Below, in pieces: positions 1-13,440 of a stretch of DNA of 64,000 nucleotides; the stretch's first letter is position 1, and every line of letters begins with the position of its first letter. Below the pieces are notes generated by a model. That model was not told the origin of the DNA, searched no databases, and saw nothing but the letters and a program-made list of their open reading frames with translations. This DNA comes from Octopus sinensis (Eukaryota). The stretch is from positions 7,440,001 to 7,504,000 of the forward strand of contig NC_042999.1 of the NCBI RefSeq assembly GCF_006345805.1. The letters are read 5' to 3'. The position numbers and the translations under genes are program-made.

Positions 1-788
1 TACATTCGATGTATATCATACGTTTTGTCAAAAGTACAGCAGTAGCTCTTTAGGAACAGCTTACCATATAACTGACTAATGATGGTTAGTTGCGTATTTC
101 TCCTATTTGCTTTGACCGTTTCTCAAACTTTCTAATGGCTGTTTTATATTTAAGATGACTTCTTTTCTTAAAGTGATAGGATGCTTTCAAGTAGATCATT
201 GCAGCTCTGGGATGATCGAGATAAGGAAAAACAAAACAAAATGATGCTGAGCCGGAAGAAAAATAGTCCGAGAAAGAACGAACCAGAATAACACAAATAT
301 CGATTGTAAAAGAGATACATTAGCATGCACACTCTGGGCCACCATACGCACACATACTCACGCACGCACACACACAACAAATGTAAAACAATAAAACGGC
401 GACTCACAAGAAGACAGAGAAATAAAGTGAAGAGGACAAAGGTTTCGGAAAGATGTCGATTATTTCTGTAAATTTGTCCAGAAATTTCCCATGGAATCAT
501 AGAAGAAGCATATCGGTTCCTACTTAAATACAAAGAGATTTTTAACGATTTGTTTCTTTAGTTTAAGTTTTATGTTTTGTCATCCTGTTTATTTTTGAAA
601 AAGCTTTCTCTAACAGAATTAATAGCTATCTCCTTAAGGAAACGTATTACATGGCTGGATTTATGTAAAAATCGCGGGAAGTATTCAATCTCTGATCCTA
701 GGAAGCGATGACTAGGCTTTCAGTTTTCGCTTTTAGGTCACCCATACTGAGCCACCTAAATGATGCTTCCTGGTTTTTTAAGTTGTTA

Positions 789-851
<63 letters not shown>

Positions 852-1109
852 GTATTGTCTTTGCACAGATTCTAACGCTGGTGATGTACTTCGGTATAAG
901 CTGTTCCCTACTTTTAATTCACCTGTTGAAAACAGGATTTTTTACAAGATGTAATTGATTTCTATATCAATGAAGAAAATATGTCTGAAACCGCTGTAGT
1001 GTACCTCAGTCCGTCTGTTTTATTATATATATATAATATTAGTGAGTATAACTTCAAACTTACAGGGAAAAATTCAATTTAGTATTAAATCAAATTTCAC
1101 AGTATAAAT

Positions 1110-2310
1110 ATATAAAATATGAATTAAAGATAAAACCACTATTATGCAACTCAAACAGTGATAGACATAAACCAATACATAAATAGCAAATAATATATAT
1201 ATATATATATATAAATAATTAAAAAATATATATATACAACTTATAACTAGATCACATAAAGTATAAAATGAATGATAAATCTCTCTATATATAAAACTCA
1301 ACTTGTGTGTGTGTGTGTGTGTATCTGTGTTTGTATCTGTGTGTGTGTCTGTGTGCTTAACCTCCCGGCACATCTCCTAGCCAACAAATCGTAGAACCAC
1401 CAAAAATGGGTCACTTAAAATTTAGGCGAATGAAAATTGAACTGTGCTATTTCTGTTCCGAAAAATCATCGCGCAAGTGCAAACATCGATAATGTGTTTG
1501 TTTAGGCCTTATCCCATGCATTGAATAGTGAACTTTACTCAGTCAGCTATTTGACGTGAACTGTGTTCACCACGCGTGCAAGCATGCGTAAATTGCATAC
1601 AACTAAAAATAAATCAAGATATAAAAACGAATCGCCGTAAACATTGTAGAAATTCGGCAAAGAAATGAATTTTCGGGATGTAGCCTGGACGGTTTTTTCG
1701 TATTAATTGTTTGAACTTTGTGAACACATACCAATTATCTATATATATAAAGCTGAAGTTGTCTGTGTATGGCAGGTTTGGTAGCCTTCAACTAAGACTA
1801 TCTCCTCCGAGACCCTACGGCGCATGTTGACCAAAATTGAGAGTATGATAGAAAAAGGCTTGCTCTTCCCTCCGTAGAAGAAAGATTCAAATCGGACCGT
1901 GTTAACACCAAAAATTATTTACATCAAGAAGGTGCTGTTTTTTCTATGAAAATCCCTATTTTTTTACGAGTTTTGACTGTCGCCATTTTTCGTGTATTTC
2001 AACCAGAAAAATGTTCACTTAAAGAGAATAACAAGCTACATAATGCAAACTTTTTACTTTTCAAAAATTCCAATTCTAAAGCAACGCCGGGTGATACTGA
2101 TAGTATATAATTTAATAATATAATACTTATTATATTATATATTTATCATTCATTTTATACTTTTTGAGATGTAGTTATAAGTTATATGTTTTTAAAAAAT
2201 TATTTATATATAATATATATATATATATATTATTTGTTATTTATGTATTGGTTTATGTCTATCAATGTTTGAGTTGCATAATAGTGGTTTTATCTCTAAT
2301 TCATATTTTA
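1110..2310. repeat. Inverted repeat pair (~170-bp arms at ~1110-1280 and ~2140-2310) enclosing Helitron-like inserts
   Basis: ATAAAACCACTATTATGCAACTCAAAC...GTATAAAATGAATGATAAAT is mirrored by ATTTATCATTCATTTTATAC...GTTTGAGTTGCATAATAGTGGTTTTAT. Confidence 0.8.
1738..2103 (+). mobile_element. Non-autonomous Helitron-like element
   Basis: Starts TCTATATATATAAAG and ends GCAACGCCGGGTGATACTGATAG|T; shares this 3' end with the copy at 59803-60189, which ends CTAG|T. Confidence 0.65.
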
Positions 2311-2390
2311 TATATATATATACATATATATATATGTAAGAGTATTGTGTTGGAAAACTGATTATAGCAGTGACTCGAACACTTCTTAGC

Positions 2391-2438
2391 GATATCTGAT
2401 GACGGAATTTTCCATATTCCAAAACATTATATTATATC
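2391..2438 (+). ncRNA. Decayed type I hammerhead ribozyme
   Basis: GATAT-CTGATGA-C-GGAA[ttttccata]TTCC-AAAAC-attat-ATT-ATATC. Stems I and II pair, but GAAAC reads AAAAC and the stem III G is lost. Confidence 0.5.
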
Positions 2439-2761
2439 AGACAATGATTAATTAAATTATAAATTATTATAATCCACTCTGCATTGTTGTGCCATTCAAT
2501 ATATGCATATATACATATACATATACATATATATATGTATATATGCATATACATAGATACTTATATATGCGTGTACATATATAAATATATATATATATAT
2601 ATATAAATATATATGTAGGGTGTGGTGGAAAAATTGTCTTCTCAATTACGCAAAAATGAAAATAACACGGACATCTCATTTTAACAGATATATTTTCCGA
2701 AATTACATTATAATATCATGAAATACAAGGTGTTTCATTGGTCTCTCTCTCTCTCTCTCTC

Positions 2762-3085
2762 TCAACTGCATCCTACACATAATAATCAATGGGTTTGCAG
2801 TCTGGGGAGTTAAGAGTGATGTGGTCGTAGAAACTGTCTGACAACCATGACTTGGTTCTACTGCTTGTGTTGCATGGTGCAGATTCCTGTCACCAGACAT
2901 AGGGTCTTCCAGCAGCCACACTCTTGGCCCAGAGCAGTACTAGCCCCTCCTGCCACATGTTGTAGGCTTCCGTGTTGATTCTGACGATGTTGTGGGAAGA
3001 TGAATGGAGGCATAACGTCACCATCACTAATGGTCATTGCAAACACTATGATGTTGACTGGATATTTGACTTTTATCCCTCAGTA
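2762..3085 (-). pseudogene. Tc1/mariner-superfamily (maT/DD37D-like) transposase fragment
   Basis: Frameshifted minus-strand translation MVFAMTISDGDVMPPFIFP, followed by degenerate QQDSAPCH and WPPNSPDxNPLD-like segments. Confidence 0.7.
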
Positions 3086-3947
3086 CATGCACTAAGCTCT
3101 GATTGACACCAAAACACTCTGAAATGTTCGTATTGGAGCCTCCGGCGTGAATGCCGTACAGTTTCCGTCTACCAAATCCACTGGCAAGGCTTTGGTCGAC
3201 ACTAATCTATAATGGAAGACACTTATACGAGGTGCCGCGCAGTGGAAACTAAACCTGTAACCATGTGATTAGGAAGCAAGCTTCTTACCACACAGCTACG
3301 CCTGCGCCTTGAAGTAATAGGGAAATATAGTAGACAGCCAAACTAATGCTCTCACTGGGATATAAGCCGTTAAAGACAACGCTTGATCTTCCAATGAAAT
3401 CGACAGGATTTCGAAATATGTCAGGTTGGGGAAGACTATTTCTCAATTTTCTCTTCCTCTCTGTGTATTTGTAACTTTTCTTGTAGAAAGCTTTTATATA
3501 ATTCTCACAACAGATACGACGTGCCAGAATCCTATTTTGCGCCAAAGTATTCTCTCTAAAATTCCAGCATTCACAGACGTATGTTGCTCGATGCTTGTGA
3601 TACTTGAATAGTTCTTCAAACAAAATCCGGCCACACACCGTTAGTGATGGCCTCGGTTGGTTACATATTAAGAATTTTATGTTGTTGAATGGATTAATAT
3701 ATTTGTTCCACCGTTGAACAACAAGCCGCTGTAGCGTATGTGGAAAATATTACTGAGACTCACATCACTCAAGTAGTAATAATCAATTGCTTAACTTACG
3801 ACAAACTCTATTACTACCTCAACTCGAGTCTATTAATTCTCCGTTATAGGCGTGCAACACTATGAGGTATCAATCAAATATTTTATATATATTTATTTCT
3901 AGCAGACAGTAAAGGCATCCTAGCAGGTATCATTAGATGTTATACTC

Positions 3948-4323
3948 TCTTTACTCTTTTACTTGTTTCAGTCATTTGACTGCGGCCATGCTGGAGCACC
4001 GCCTTTAATCGAGCAACTCGACCCCGCGACTTATTCTTTTTTTTGTAAGCCCAGTACTTATTCCATCGGCCTCTTTTGCCGAACCACTAAGTTACGGGGA
4101 CATAAACACACCAGCATCGGTTGTCAAGCAATGCTAAAGGGACAAACACAGATACACAAACACACACATGCATATATATATATAGATATATACGACGGGC
4201 TTCTTTCAGTTTCCGTCTACCAAATCGACTCACAAGGCTTTGGTCAGCCCAAGGCTATAGTAGAAGACACTTGCCCAAGGTGCTACGCAGTGGGACTGAA
4301 CCCGGAACCATGTGGTTGGTTAT
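3948..4323 (-). mobile_element. tRNA-headed SINE family A, 5'-truncated
   Basis: (CTCTTTTA)n tail, CAGTCATTTGACTGCGGCCATGCTGGAGCACC body, central TA/CA microsatellite; matches the full copies. Confidence 0.85.
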
Positions 4324-4650
4324 GCTCAATTTCTTGTCCTGAGGTTGGTAGGTATTGCTACAAGTGTCGCCTCAATTTTTATTTCCTTCCTTCAGAAAGC
4401 ACGCGAATGCTATATCTTTGACTACTTTTAATCTTTTACCTGCTTCAGTCATAAGTCTGCGGCCATGCTGGAGCACCACCAGTCTAAGGGATTTTAGTCG
4501 TACGAATCGACCTCAAGTACTGCTTTTTTCCCTTAATTCCTAGCACATATTCTATCGGCCCCTTTGGTCGAACCGCTACGTTGCGAAGACCTAACCACAT
4601 CAACACAAATGTCAAGTGGTGGTGGTGAAACCATACACCACACAACACAT

Positions 4651-4748
<98 letters not shown>

Positions 4749-4828
4749 GTTCAAAATGTGACCGCGTCCGTATCGTTGGCGATTTTTTTCCTCCGTCTTC
4801 ACTTCCTTGGATCTTTCCTTTTCCTATG

Positions 4829-4861
4829 TTTCTGACGAAGAGCTCCGCTCGAAACGTTTAA
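4829..4861 (+). ncRNA. Minimal type I hammerhead in a small TA-flanked element (~4765-4965)
   Basis: TTT-CTGACGA-A-GAGC[tcc]GCTC-GAAAC-GTT-TAA. Core intact, palindromic stem III (ACGT), weak stem I. Confidence 0.65.
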
Positions 4862-5286
4862 TCCCCCTTCTTTCTTTTCTTTCCTGAGCGTCCAATAACA
4901 CTATACTTATTCGACGTCCTCACGTTGTTGTGTTTTCTCCTTGTGATTTCATGTTTGGATTAACTATATATATATATATACATACTAGAACACAAACTCG
5001 GCCTTGCTCGGGATTAAGATAGTTTATTATTGTTTTACTTGTTTCGGTATTATAACCCAGTTTCATTTGTGTCTACGCGGGCCACATTTTAAAAGATGAA
5101 GAATGTTGCTCTGGAGGCCAAGCGTTTCAAAGGAGCAAACTGAAAATTGCTATGCAAACTCGGCAGCACTTTTAACATAGGTGCGCAAATTTTCAGCTCA
5201 ATCCGACCACATATGCACACATTATATATATATATATTCGCATTATGTATACATATGTATACACATTATATATTTACACACACACA

Positions 5287-5332
<46 letters not shown>

Positions 5333-6034
5333 CACACACACACACACACAACATATATATATATATATATAAATTGACATAATAAATATCTGATTAATAA
5401 TATCTGTTATAATTATTGTGCAGTGGTGGTGGGCGATAATAACTCACCGTTGTAAAAGCCCTGTAGCGGGAATATTTAAACTTCAAGAGAGTGAAATACA
5501 TTTCCGACACAATATAATTATTTATCATTTTATTCCTCTCCACTAATCACACTTGCGGCTGTCAACACCTTCCCTGTATAGATACAGAAAGACGTACAGA
5601 GAGAGAAAGAGAGAGAGAGAGAGAGAGGGTGGGGGGGAGCGAGGTTGAGGAGAAAGAGTGACAGAGAGACAGCGAATACAGAGAGAGAAAGAGAGTGAGT
5701 AGAAGTTGTCAAAAGCCGTTATATTCATAAAGAGGAAGGAAGGAAGAAAGAGAGAGATGGAAGAACAAAGGGTGATAACCGTAAGTGAGAAACAACAAAC
5801 ACTTGTGAAAGTCCGTTTAAAGGCGATGAATTTTCACTCTTTTTGCCATATCAACCACATCTTTATAGCTTGCGAATTTTAACCATCGCACGTTTCATCC
5901 TCACCACGCATTTAGTATCATTGCCAATTTTCAGTTCGATCCCAGCCTCGGTTTGTCCGCCATTAGCCCTCAAAGAAATATGTGCATATAATTTTCGTCC
6001 AAGAACTGTTTTATAGCTATAGATATATACATAT

Positions 6035-6067
<33 letters not shown>

Positions 6068-6070
6068 ATA

Positions 6071-6258
6071 TATATATATATAAAGGGAAAGTTTACGAAA
6101 ATAAACAAAAGACGAAGGCAGGTGGTGTACAAACATACAGATCTATTTGTATAGCGCTCAGGAATAGAAAAAGTCTTTAATGTTTCGAGCCTACGCTCTT
6201 CTATAGAAAGATACAAAAAATAACAAGGAGAGAAAATAAATGGTGTAGTAGCTAACGC
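6071..6258 (-). mobile_element. Small TA-flanked PLE-like element with decayed hammerhead core
   Basis: Minus strand reads TTT-CTATAGA-AGAGCGTAGGCTC-GAAAC-ATT-AAAG; homologous to 39452-39645. Confidence 0.6.
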
Positions 6259-6276
6259 TATATATATATATATATA

Positions 6277-6322
<46 letters not shown>

Positions 6323-6346
6323 ATGTGACAATTATTCAGTAGCCAT

Positions 6347-6407
6347 GATAAAATTCCGAGTTTCGGATGTCGGGGTGCATGCCCACGCTGGCATCTCTTC
6401 AGTTATC
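6347..6407 (-). ncRNA. Near-intact type I hammerhead
   Basis: Minus strand reads GATAA-CTGAAGA-GATGC...ACATCC-GAAAC-TCGGA-ATT-TTATC; 5-bp stem I; one stem III mismatch. Confidence 0.55.
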
Positions 6408-6409
6408 CG

Positions 6410-8205
6410 GCTATCGAAAAACATGCTATGAAAATGACCGTTAAACAAAGGGAAATTACCGTGTGGTTGACCGTTATTAAGATAAAAGAGCTATTTGAAT
6501 GGCCGCTAAGTAAGGGGCGGGAGTAAAGGTAAGGGAGTAAGAATGCTCAGAGTATTCGCGTAAGCGCGCACGTCCATACATGCACATGCGCGCCAGCACA
6601 CCCACGGACATGCGGCTATATGTATATACTCATCCACCCTCACTTGAAACACACACAATGCTTACCCATACATTCCCACCCAAAATATATACATACCTGC
6701 ATACACTCTCGCACATACACATATGTTCATACACACGTCTATATACGCACATGCACAAGAAAAAACATGCAGAAAAAAGTGTGAAAAATAAGCAGAGTAA
6801 AACACGTCTATATACGCTCATACTCGCATGCACGCACACACACGTCTAATATACGCACACACACAAACACGCGCGGGCACAAAAGAGAAATGTTCATGCA
6901 CACGTCTATATACGCACATTTTTTTCCTCTTATTACTCTTACTCTTTTACTCTTTTAATTGTTTCAGTCATTTGACTGCGGCCATGCTGGAGCACCACCT
7001 TTAGTCGAGCAACTCGACCCCGGGACTTATTCTTTGTAAGCCCAGTACTTATTCTATTGGTCTCTTTTGCCGAACAGCTAGGTGACGGGGACGTAAACAC
7101 ACCAGCATCGGTTGTCAAGCAATGCTAGGGGGACAAACACAGACACACAAACACACACATATACATATATATACATATATACGACAGGCTTCTTTCAGTT
7201 TCCGTCTACCAAATCCACTCACAAGGCTTTGGTCAGCCCAAGGCTACAGTAGAAGACACTTGACCAAGGTGCCACGCAGTGGGACTGAACCCAAAACCAT
7301 GTGGTTGGTAAGCGAGCTACTTACCACACAGCCACTCCTGCGCCTATTGCGTATTTTTTTACACTTTTTTTACACATTTCTCTGCATTTTGCCTTTAGCC
7401 CTGCTTTTTCTTGTGCATGTTAAAAAAAATAGATGTGTGTATGAGCCTGTTTCTTTTGTGCGCGCGTATGTGTGTGTTTATAGACGTGTGCGGGTATGTG
7501 CGTATATTAGACGTCTGTGTGCGTGCATGCGTGTATGCGTCCATATAGACGCATTTTACTCTTATTGTTTATTTTTTACTCATTTTTACACATTTTACTA
7601 TATTTTGCCTTTAGTCCTCTTTTTCTTGTGCATCTGCATATATAGACGTGTGTATGAACCATTTTTGTGCGCGTGTTTGTGTGTGTTTTTATGGACGTGT
7701 GCGGGTATATGCGTATATTAGAGGTGTGTGTGTGTGTGTGCATGCGAGTATGTGAGTATAAAGAACTGTTTTACTCTTATTGCTTATTTTTTACACTTTT
7801 TTACACATTTTTTGTATTTTGCCATTAGCCCTCATTTTTCTTGTGCATATATAGACGTGTGTATGAACCTTTTTTGTTCGCGCGTGTGTGTGCGTGGGTG
7901 TATGCGGGTATATATATATATATATATATATAATATTGGCGAATGTATGGGTGAGCATGTGTGTGTTTCAAGTGAGAGTGGATGAGTATATACATATAGG
8001 CGCATGTACATGGGTGTGCGGGCGCGCATGTGTATGTATGGACATGCACGCTTACGCGAATACTCTGAACATTTTTACTCCCTTACCTTCACTCTCTCTC
8101 CTCACTTAGCGGTCATTCTAATAGCTCTTTTTGTCTTATTAACGGTCAATCACACAGTAATGTCCTTTTGTTTTAACGATCATTTTCATAGCATTTTTTT
8201 CGGTG
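6410..8205. mobile_element. Large foldback element with ~200-bp internal subrepeats and a SINE in the loop
   Basis: 6410-6690 is the reverse complement of ~7940-8205 (GCTATGAAAATGACCGTTAAAC / GTTTTAACGATCATTTTCATAGC); three diverged subrepeats at 7350-7900. Confidence 0.75.
6933..7345 (-). mobile_element. SINE family A, full length
   Basis: tRNA-like head (TGTGGTAAG A box, GGTTCAGTCCC B box on minus), body and tail all present. Confidence 0.9.
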
Positions 8206-8871
8206 GCTCAATATCTTAAGAGATGCCTTGAAGATGAAGATCGAACAGGACCTCCAGTTGAGCTTGATGATAATCTCCTTGAAGCATTACTTCAAGAAAA
8301 TCCTGCATTATCAGTTGAAGAACTGGCAATAAAGGTTAATTCAAACCATACAACTGTTCATGGTTATCTTCAACAACTTGGAAAGTTTCCTAAACTTGGA
8401 AAATGGGTGCTCATGAATTGTCCGAAAGTAACCGCAAATTCCGAGTTGAAAGCTGCTATTTTCTCCATTCTCGCGAACCCAATTCACCCTTTTTGGATAG
8501 ACTTGCGACTGGTGATGAAAAATGGTTCTATCAAAATGTTAAACGTCGTAAACAGTGGCTTGGTTTAAGAGGAAAAGCTCAACCACAACCGAGAAGGGAA
8601 TTTCATGGGAAAAAGGTTCTTCTCTCTATCTGGTGGGATTGAAAAGGAGTAATTCACTTTGAATTGTTGCCACATAATGCAACAATCAGTGCTCAAGTCT
8701 ACTGTCAAAAGACTTTTACATTGATGGGATTAAAAAACTTGTAGATAGATGGAAGGAAGTCATAGATAACCAGGCAAAGTACATTGATGACTAAATTTCA
8801 ATTAAATATTACATTTGATCACTTGTTTTCTTTATTCAAAATTCGGACAGAACTTATGGGATGACCTGATG
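8206..8871 (+). pseudogene. Mariner transposon remnant, internally deleted, right TIR retained
   Basis: EDEDRTGPP, GKWV/HELS, TGDEKW, KVLLSIWWD, GIKKLVDRWKEVIDNQAKY; ends in TIR-like CGGACAGAACTTATGGGATGACCTGATG then TA. Confidence 0.85.
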
Positions 8872-8902
<31 letters not shown>

Positions 8903-9877
8903 TATTATATATATATAATATATAATATGACAGGCTTCTTTTCAGTTTCCGTCTACCAATCAGCATCCGAGGCTATACAAGGTGACACTTGCCCAAGCCG
9001 GATTCATATTGTTGGGAAACAGATTTCTTACTACTCACAGCCACGACCGTGCTATATGAAAACAAATACCATATCTCTCAATCTAATATGTATATATATA
9101 TGCATGTATATATATATATATGTATATATATATGTATATATATATATATGTATGTATGTATATGTATATCTATCTATATATATCTGTATCTCTCTCTATC
9201 TCTCTCTCTCTCTATATATATATATATACACACATAGATATATAATATGCATATGAGTTAGCGTGTATACATGGAGCAATGTCTATTCTTACAGTTTTTG
9301 TGTTGCGTGTAATATATACAATTGATTCCGATTCCAACCAGATCCTCTCAGACAATTTCATTTGTCGAATCCCGTTCCTTTTGTCATGCTGTGAGCGATG
9401 TTACCATCTTTAGAAACATTTAAAAGTGCCAGAATCGTTTCACTGTAATGGAACATTTTATAGAAATACACAGTAGATGCTATATGAAAATCAATATAAT
9501 AAATACTACGTTTTGACGGAACTGCTGGTGTGTGCTGACTTCGTGAACTAGTTCCTATAAAAGGTTGAAAGTAATTTATTTCACAACCATAATCCACTCG
9601 AGAAAGAAAGGAAATCTCTTACACGTCATTTTCTCTCACCTACAATTAAAAGGTCTTGTATCGAGTGGAAATATAACAATGTGTTTGTCACTATCCTTCC
9701 TGACTTGATTTTACTTCAATAATTTAAACTTACACCTTAGTTTGTTGTTAACGTCGGTACGAAGATCTGATACGTAATTAAATGTCACCTTTACGAATGA
9801 AATTAATATTTTGACTAATTGAAAATTGGTGGATTATTAGAAACTACAATGCAACTTTCAAAATATTTTATAAAATA

Positions 9878-10033
9878 GGCGTGGCTGTGTGGTAAGTGGC
9901 TTGCTTCCCAACCACATGGTTCCAGGTTCAGTTCCACTGCGTGGCACTTTGGGCAAGTGTCTTCTACTATAGCCTTGGGCTGACCAAAGCCTTGTGAGTG
10001 GATTTGGTAAACGGAAACTGAAGAAAGCTCACC

Positions 10034-10073
<40 letters not shown>

Positions 10074-11070
10074 TAATATATATGCATATATACATACGTA
10101 TATGTATATACTTACATCTATACGTATATATATATGCATGTGTGGGCACAGGACGTCACGAAAGATGTGCAACAAAAAAATACGAAGTACAAATACATGG
10201 AATATGAATTATGTTTTCGAACAACGAAAAGCACAAATTGAAAACAGTTGGCTGTTTTTCTACTCTCGTATTTCGACCATTTAACAAGATACACTTTCGA
10301 TAAAACAGTTGCTCCCGCAAAGCAAATTAAATAGAATTTGGGATTTTGCGGAGGCTCAAAATTGGTAACACAACAGGACATTGAAAACAAACAGGAAGGG
10401 TTGCTAAGCCTAAACGAGGTTGTGACGGCGAACGCGTAAATCATGCTTGGACAGGAGACAGACAAGAACACATCTTCCTTGATCCAGCTACAACGAAGTG
10501 AAAGAAATACAAGTTAGGAGAAGAAAGATGACCAATGGTCACGTGGGAGCCACGTGACCAAGGGTGTAAGAGTGAGGGAGAGAGAGTGACAGATAGAGAA
10601 CTGTGAAGGGGAGAGGAAAAATTGGAGATAGGGTAAGTGAGAAAAACAGGGGGAGAACGGGAGAAAGGAAGAGAGAAAAAAACGAAATAGTAATAGGATA
10701 AAATAATGGGAGAAGAAGAGGTAAAAGAATAAGAGAGAGAAAGAGAGAAAAACGAAAGAGTAAAAGGATAGTAGAGTGCGCATCAGAATTATTAAGATAA
10801 AACTTACTTGGAAGAGGATGCGTGGCGTTCAATCATATAATAATAGAAATAATATATGTAAAATATATATGTATGTGTATGTGTGTATATGCTTGTGTGT
10901 CTGAGTTTGTGCTCCCACCATCGCTTGACAACCGTACCTTAGCAGTTCAGCAAAAGAGACCGATTGCATTAGTACTAGGCTTACAAAGAATAGATCCTGG
11001 TGTCGATTTGTTCGTCTCAAGGCGGTGCTCCAGCATGGCAGTAATCAAATGACTGAAGCAAGTAAAAGAA
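9878..11070 (+). mobile_element. SINE family A split in two (head 9878-10035, tail ~10860-11070) around an insert
   Basis: GGCGTGGCTGTGTGGTAAG head, then (TA)n, ~700 bp of unrelated sequence, then (TG)n and the tail ending GAAGCAAGTAAAAG. Confidence 0.65.
10140..10850 (+). pseudogene. Possible decayed Penelope-like 3' fragment (GIY-YIG C-terminus plus purine-rich UTR)
   Basis: G-x-x-TSRKM and YTFDKTV-like segments in shifting frames; hammerhead-like stem GGATGC/GCGTTC near 10815-10835. Confidence 0.35.
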
Positions 11071-11462
11071 AATGTTTGAAGACAAAAGTGGGAAGTGGTG
11101 TTATTCATGCTTTTTCAGTTTGTAATAACTGCATCGTCATTTGTCTTTTCGATGAAGTGAAATCCTTTCAGGGGAGGGGAAACAAACCTCTTATCATGAC
11201 GACAATATCCAACAAGATTCCTACGTTCTTTAAAAAACTTTTTTCTCATCACTGTTTTATAAAAGGCCAAGCACTGAAAGAACAATTCTTAAAGACTTCA
11301 TCTCTATTTAATGCGTTTCGAATAGAGCTTTATTATTACCAAGTGGCACACATTTTTGCAGTTATATACTCTAACAAAATGTTTGTCACTTCTACGGTGT
11401 TTATGTAAGTTATAGCGGTCCGTAAGATTTGTCTAATCCTAACGATATACATGGTAAATCAG

Positions 11463-11872
11463 CGAGCTGGCAGAAACGTTAGCACGCCGGGCGAAATGCT
11501 TAGCGGTATTTCGTCTGCCGTTACGTTCTGAGTTCAAATTCCACCGAGGTCAACTTTGCCTTTCATCCTCTCGGGATCGATTAAATAAGTACCAGTTGCG
11601 CACTAGGGTCCATGTAATCGACTTAATACCTATGTCTGTCCTTGTTTGTACCCTCTGTGTTTAGCCTCTTGTGGGTAATAAAGAAATAGGTATTTCGTCT
11701 GCCGATACATTCTGAGTTCAAGTTCCGCCGAGGTTGACTTTGCCTTTCATCTTTTCGGGGTCGATTAAATAAGTACCAGTTACGCACTAGGGTCCATATA
11801 ATCGACTTAATCCGTTTGTCTGTCTTTGTTTGTCCTCTCTATGTTTAGCCCCTTGTGGGTAGAAAAAGAATT
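11463..11872 (+). mobile_element. SINE family B, dimeric
   Basis: GCGAGCTGGCAGAAACGTTAGCACGCCGGGCG head; GAGTTCAAATTCC B box; body repeated twice via GTATTTCGTCTGCCG. Confidence 0.85.
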
Positions 11873-12776
11873 AGATATACATGGTCACTGGAAGCCAACA
11901 TGTAAACTGGAACTTCACCGACATGTGACAAATCAAGGATACCGATCGATGGTCCAATACCTGAAACGATTCGACCTCATTCCACTGCTGCTCTCTACAG
12001 CAGAGGTAAGAAATGGTGATCTCAATTCATGGACAATGTTTTTGAGGCAGGGTGTACAGCACCAAAGCAGTTTCAAGAAAATTCCACTTGGTTGCTACGG
12101 AATAAATTGCTCATCTTAACAACTGTATTAAACTTGTGCGACGTTCTTAGAAGCCGGAAAACGTTGCAGTTGTACTGATAACTTTCCGATATATCGTAGT
12201 TCACCAAACACTTCTGCGAATAATGGATATATCACAGTAAAATTAATACTGGTTTACATTCATTTATTTTATCTTACATGATTCTCGCAGTAACCTTTCT
12301 CGTACAAAATCCGATTAAACGTAATCCATCATATGCTTCGACTAACAAATTGATGCTTTAGTGACTGACTGGAACACACGGTTTGTCTAATGCTTCGGAA
12401 AGTCGGAAATGGCCTCCTCTTCATCTAATGCATAATAGAAACACTGCACACACACTCAGCACAGAAGTGATTTATTCCATCATTACGAGACTATAAAGTG
12501 CATTTCGTGAAATTTCCTTTTTACTTTTCAGGTCCTTCTTGCTTTTCACGACCTGCTAATTAATATCTTTTGAGACGAAAAGTGTTTGATTTCTGGGGTT
12601 CCACTTATTTAACAACGATAATCGATCAGAAAACGAGTATAAGGACTAGAAATATTGAGATGTGGGCGAGATATTCGAACCGTTAATAATGTATGAACGG
12701 TTTAACTGGATTCGTAAATAATTTTATAATGTGGAGTTGGTAGAAAAGAAATGAAAGAAGCTTGTTGTATACATAC

Positions 12777-12841
<65 letters not shown>

Positions 12842-12902
12842 TATATATATATATATACTATATATAGATTATATATATAGATATATATATATATATAATA
12901 TG

Positions 12903-13011
<109 letters not shown>

Positions 13012-13014
13012 GTA

Positions 13015-13402
13015 GTGGAGGCGCAATGGCCCAGTGGTTAGGGAAGCGGATTCGCGGTCATAGGATCGTGGTTTCGATTCCCAGACCGGGCGTTGTGAGT
13101 GTTTATTGAGCGAAAACACCTAAAGCTCCACGAGGCCCGGGCAGGAGATGGTGGTGATCCCTGCTGTACTCTTTCACCACAACTTTCTCTCACTCTTACT
13201 TCCTGTTTCTGTTGTACTTGTATTTTAAAGGGCCGGCCTTGTCACTCTCTGTTTCACGCTGAATATCCCCGAGAAGTACGTTAAGGGTATACGTGTCTGT
13301 GGAGTGCTCAGCCACTTACACGTTAATTTCACGAGCAGGCTGTTCCGTTGATTCGGATCAACCGGAACCCTTGTCGTCGTAACCGACGGAGTGCTTCCAG
13401 TT
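13015..13402 (+). mobile_element. SINE family C, full length
   Basis: GTGGAGGCGCAATGGCCCAGTGGTTAGGG A box and GGTTTCGATTCCC B box; same head as 24871. Confidence 0.85.
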
Positions 13403-13407
13403 CCAAC

Positions 13408-13440
<33 letters not shown>

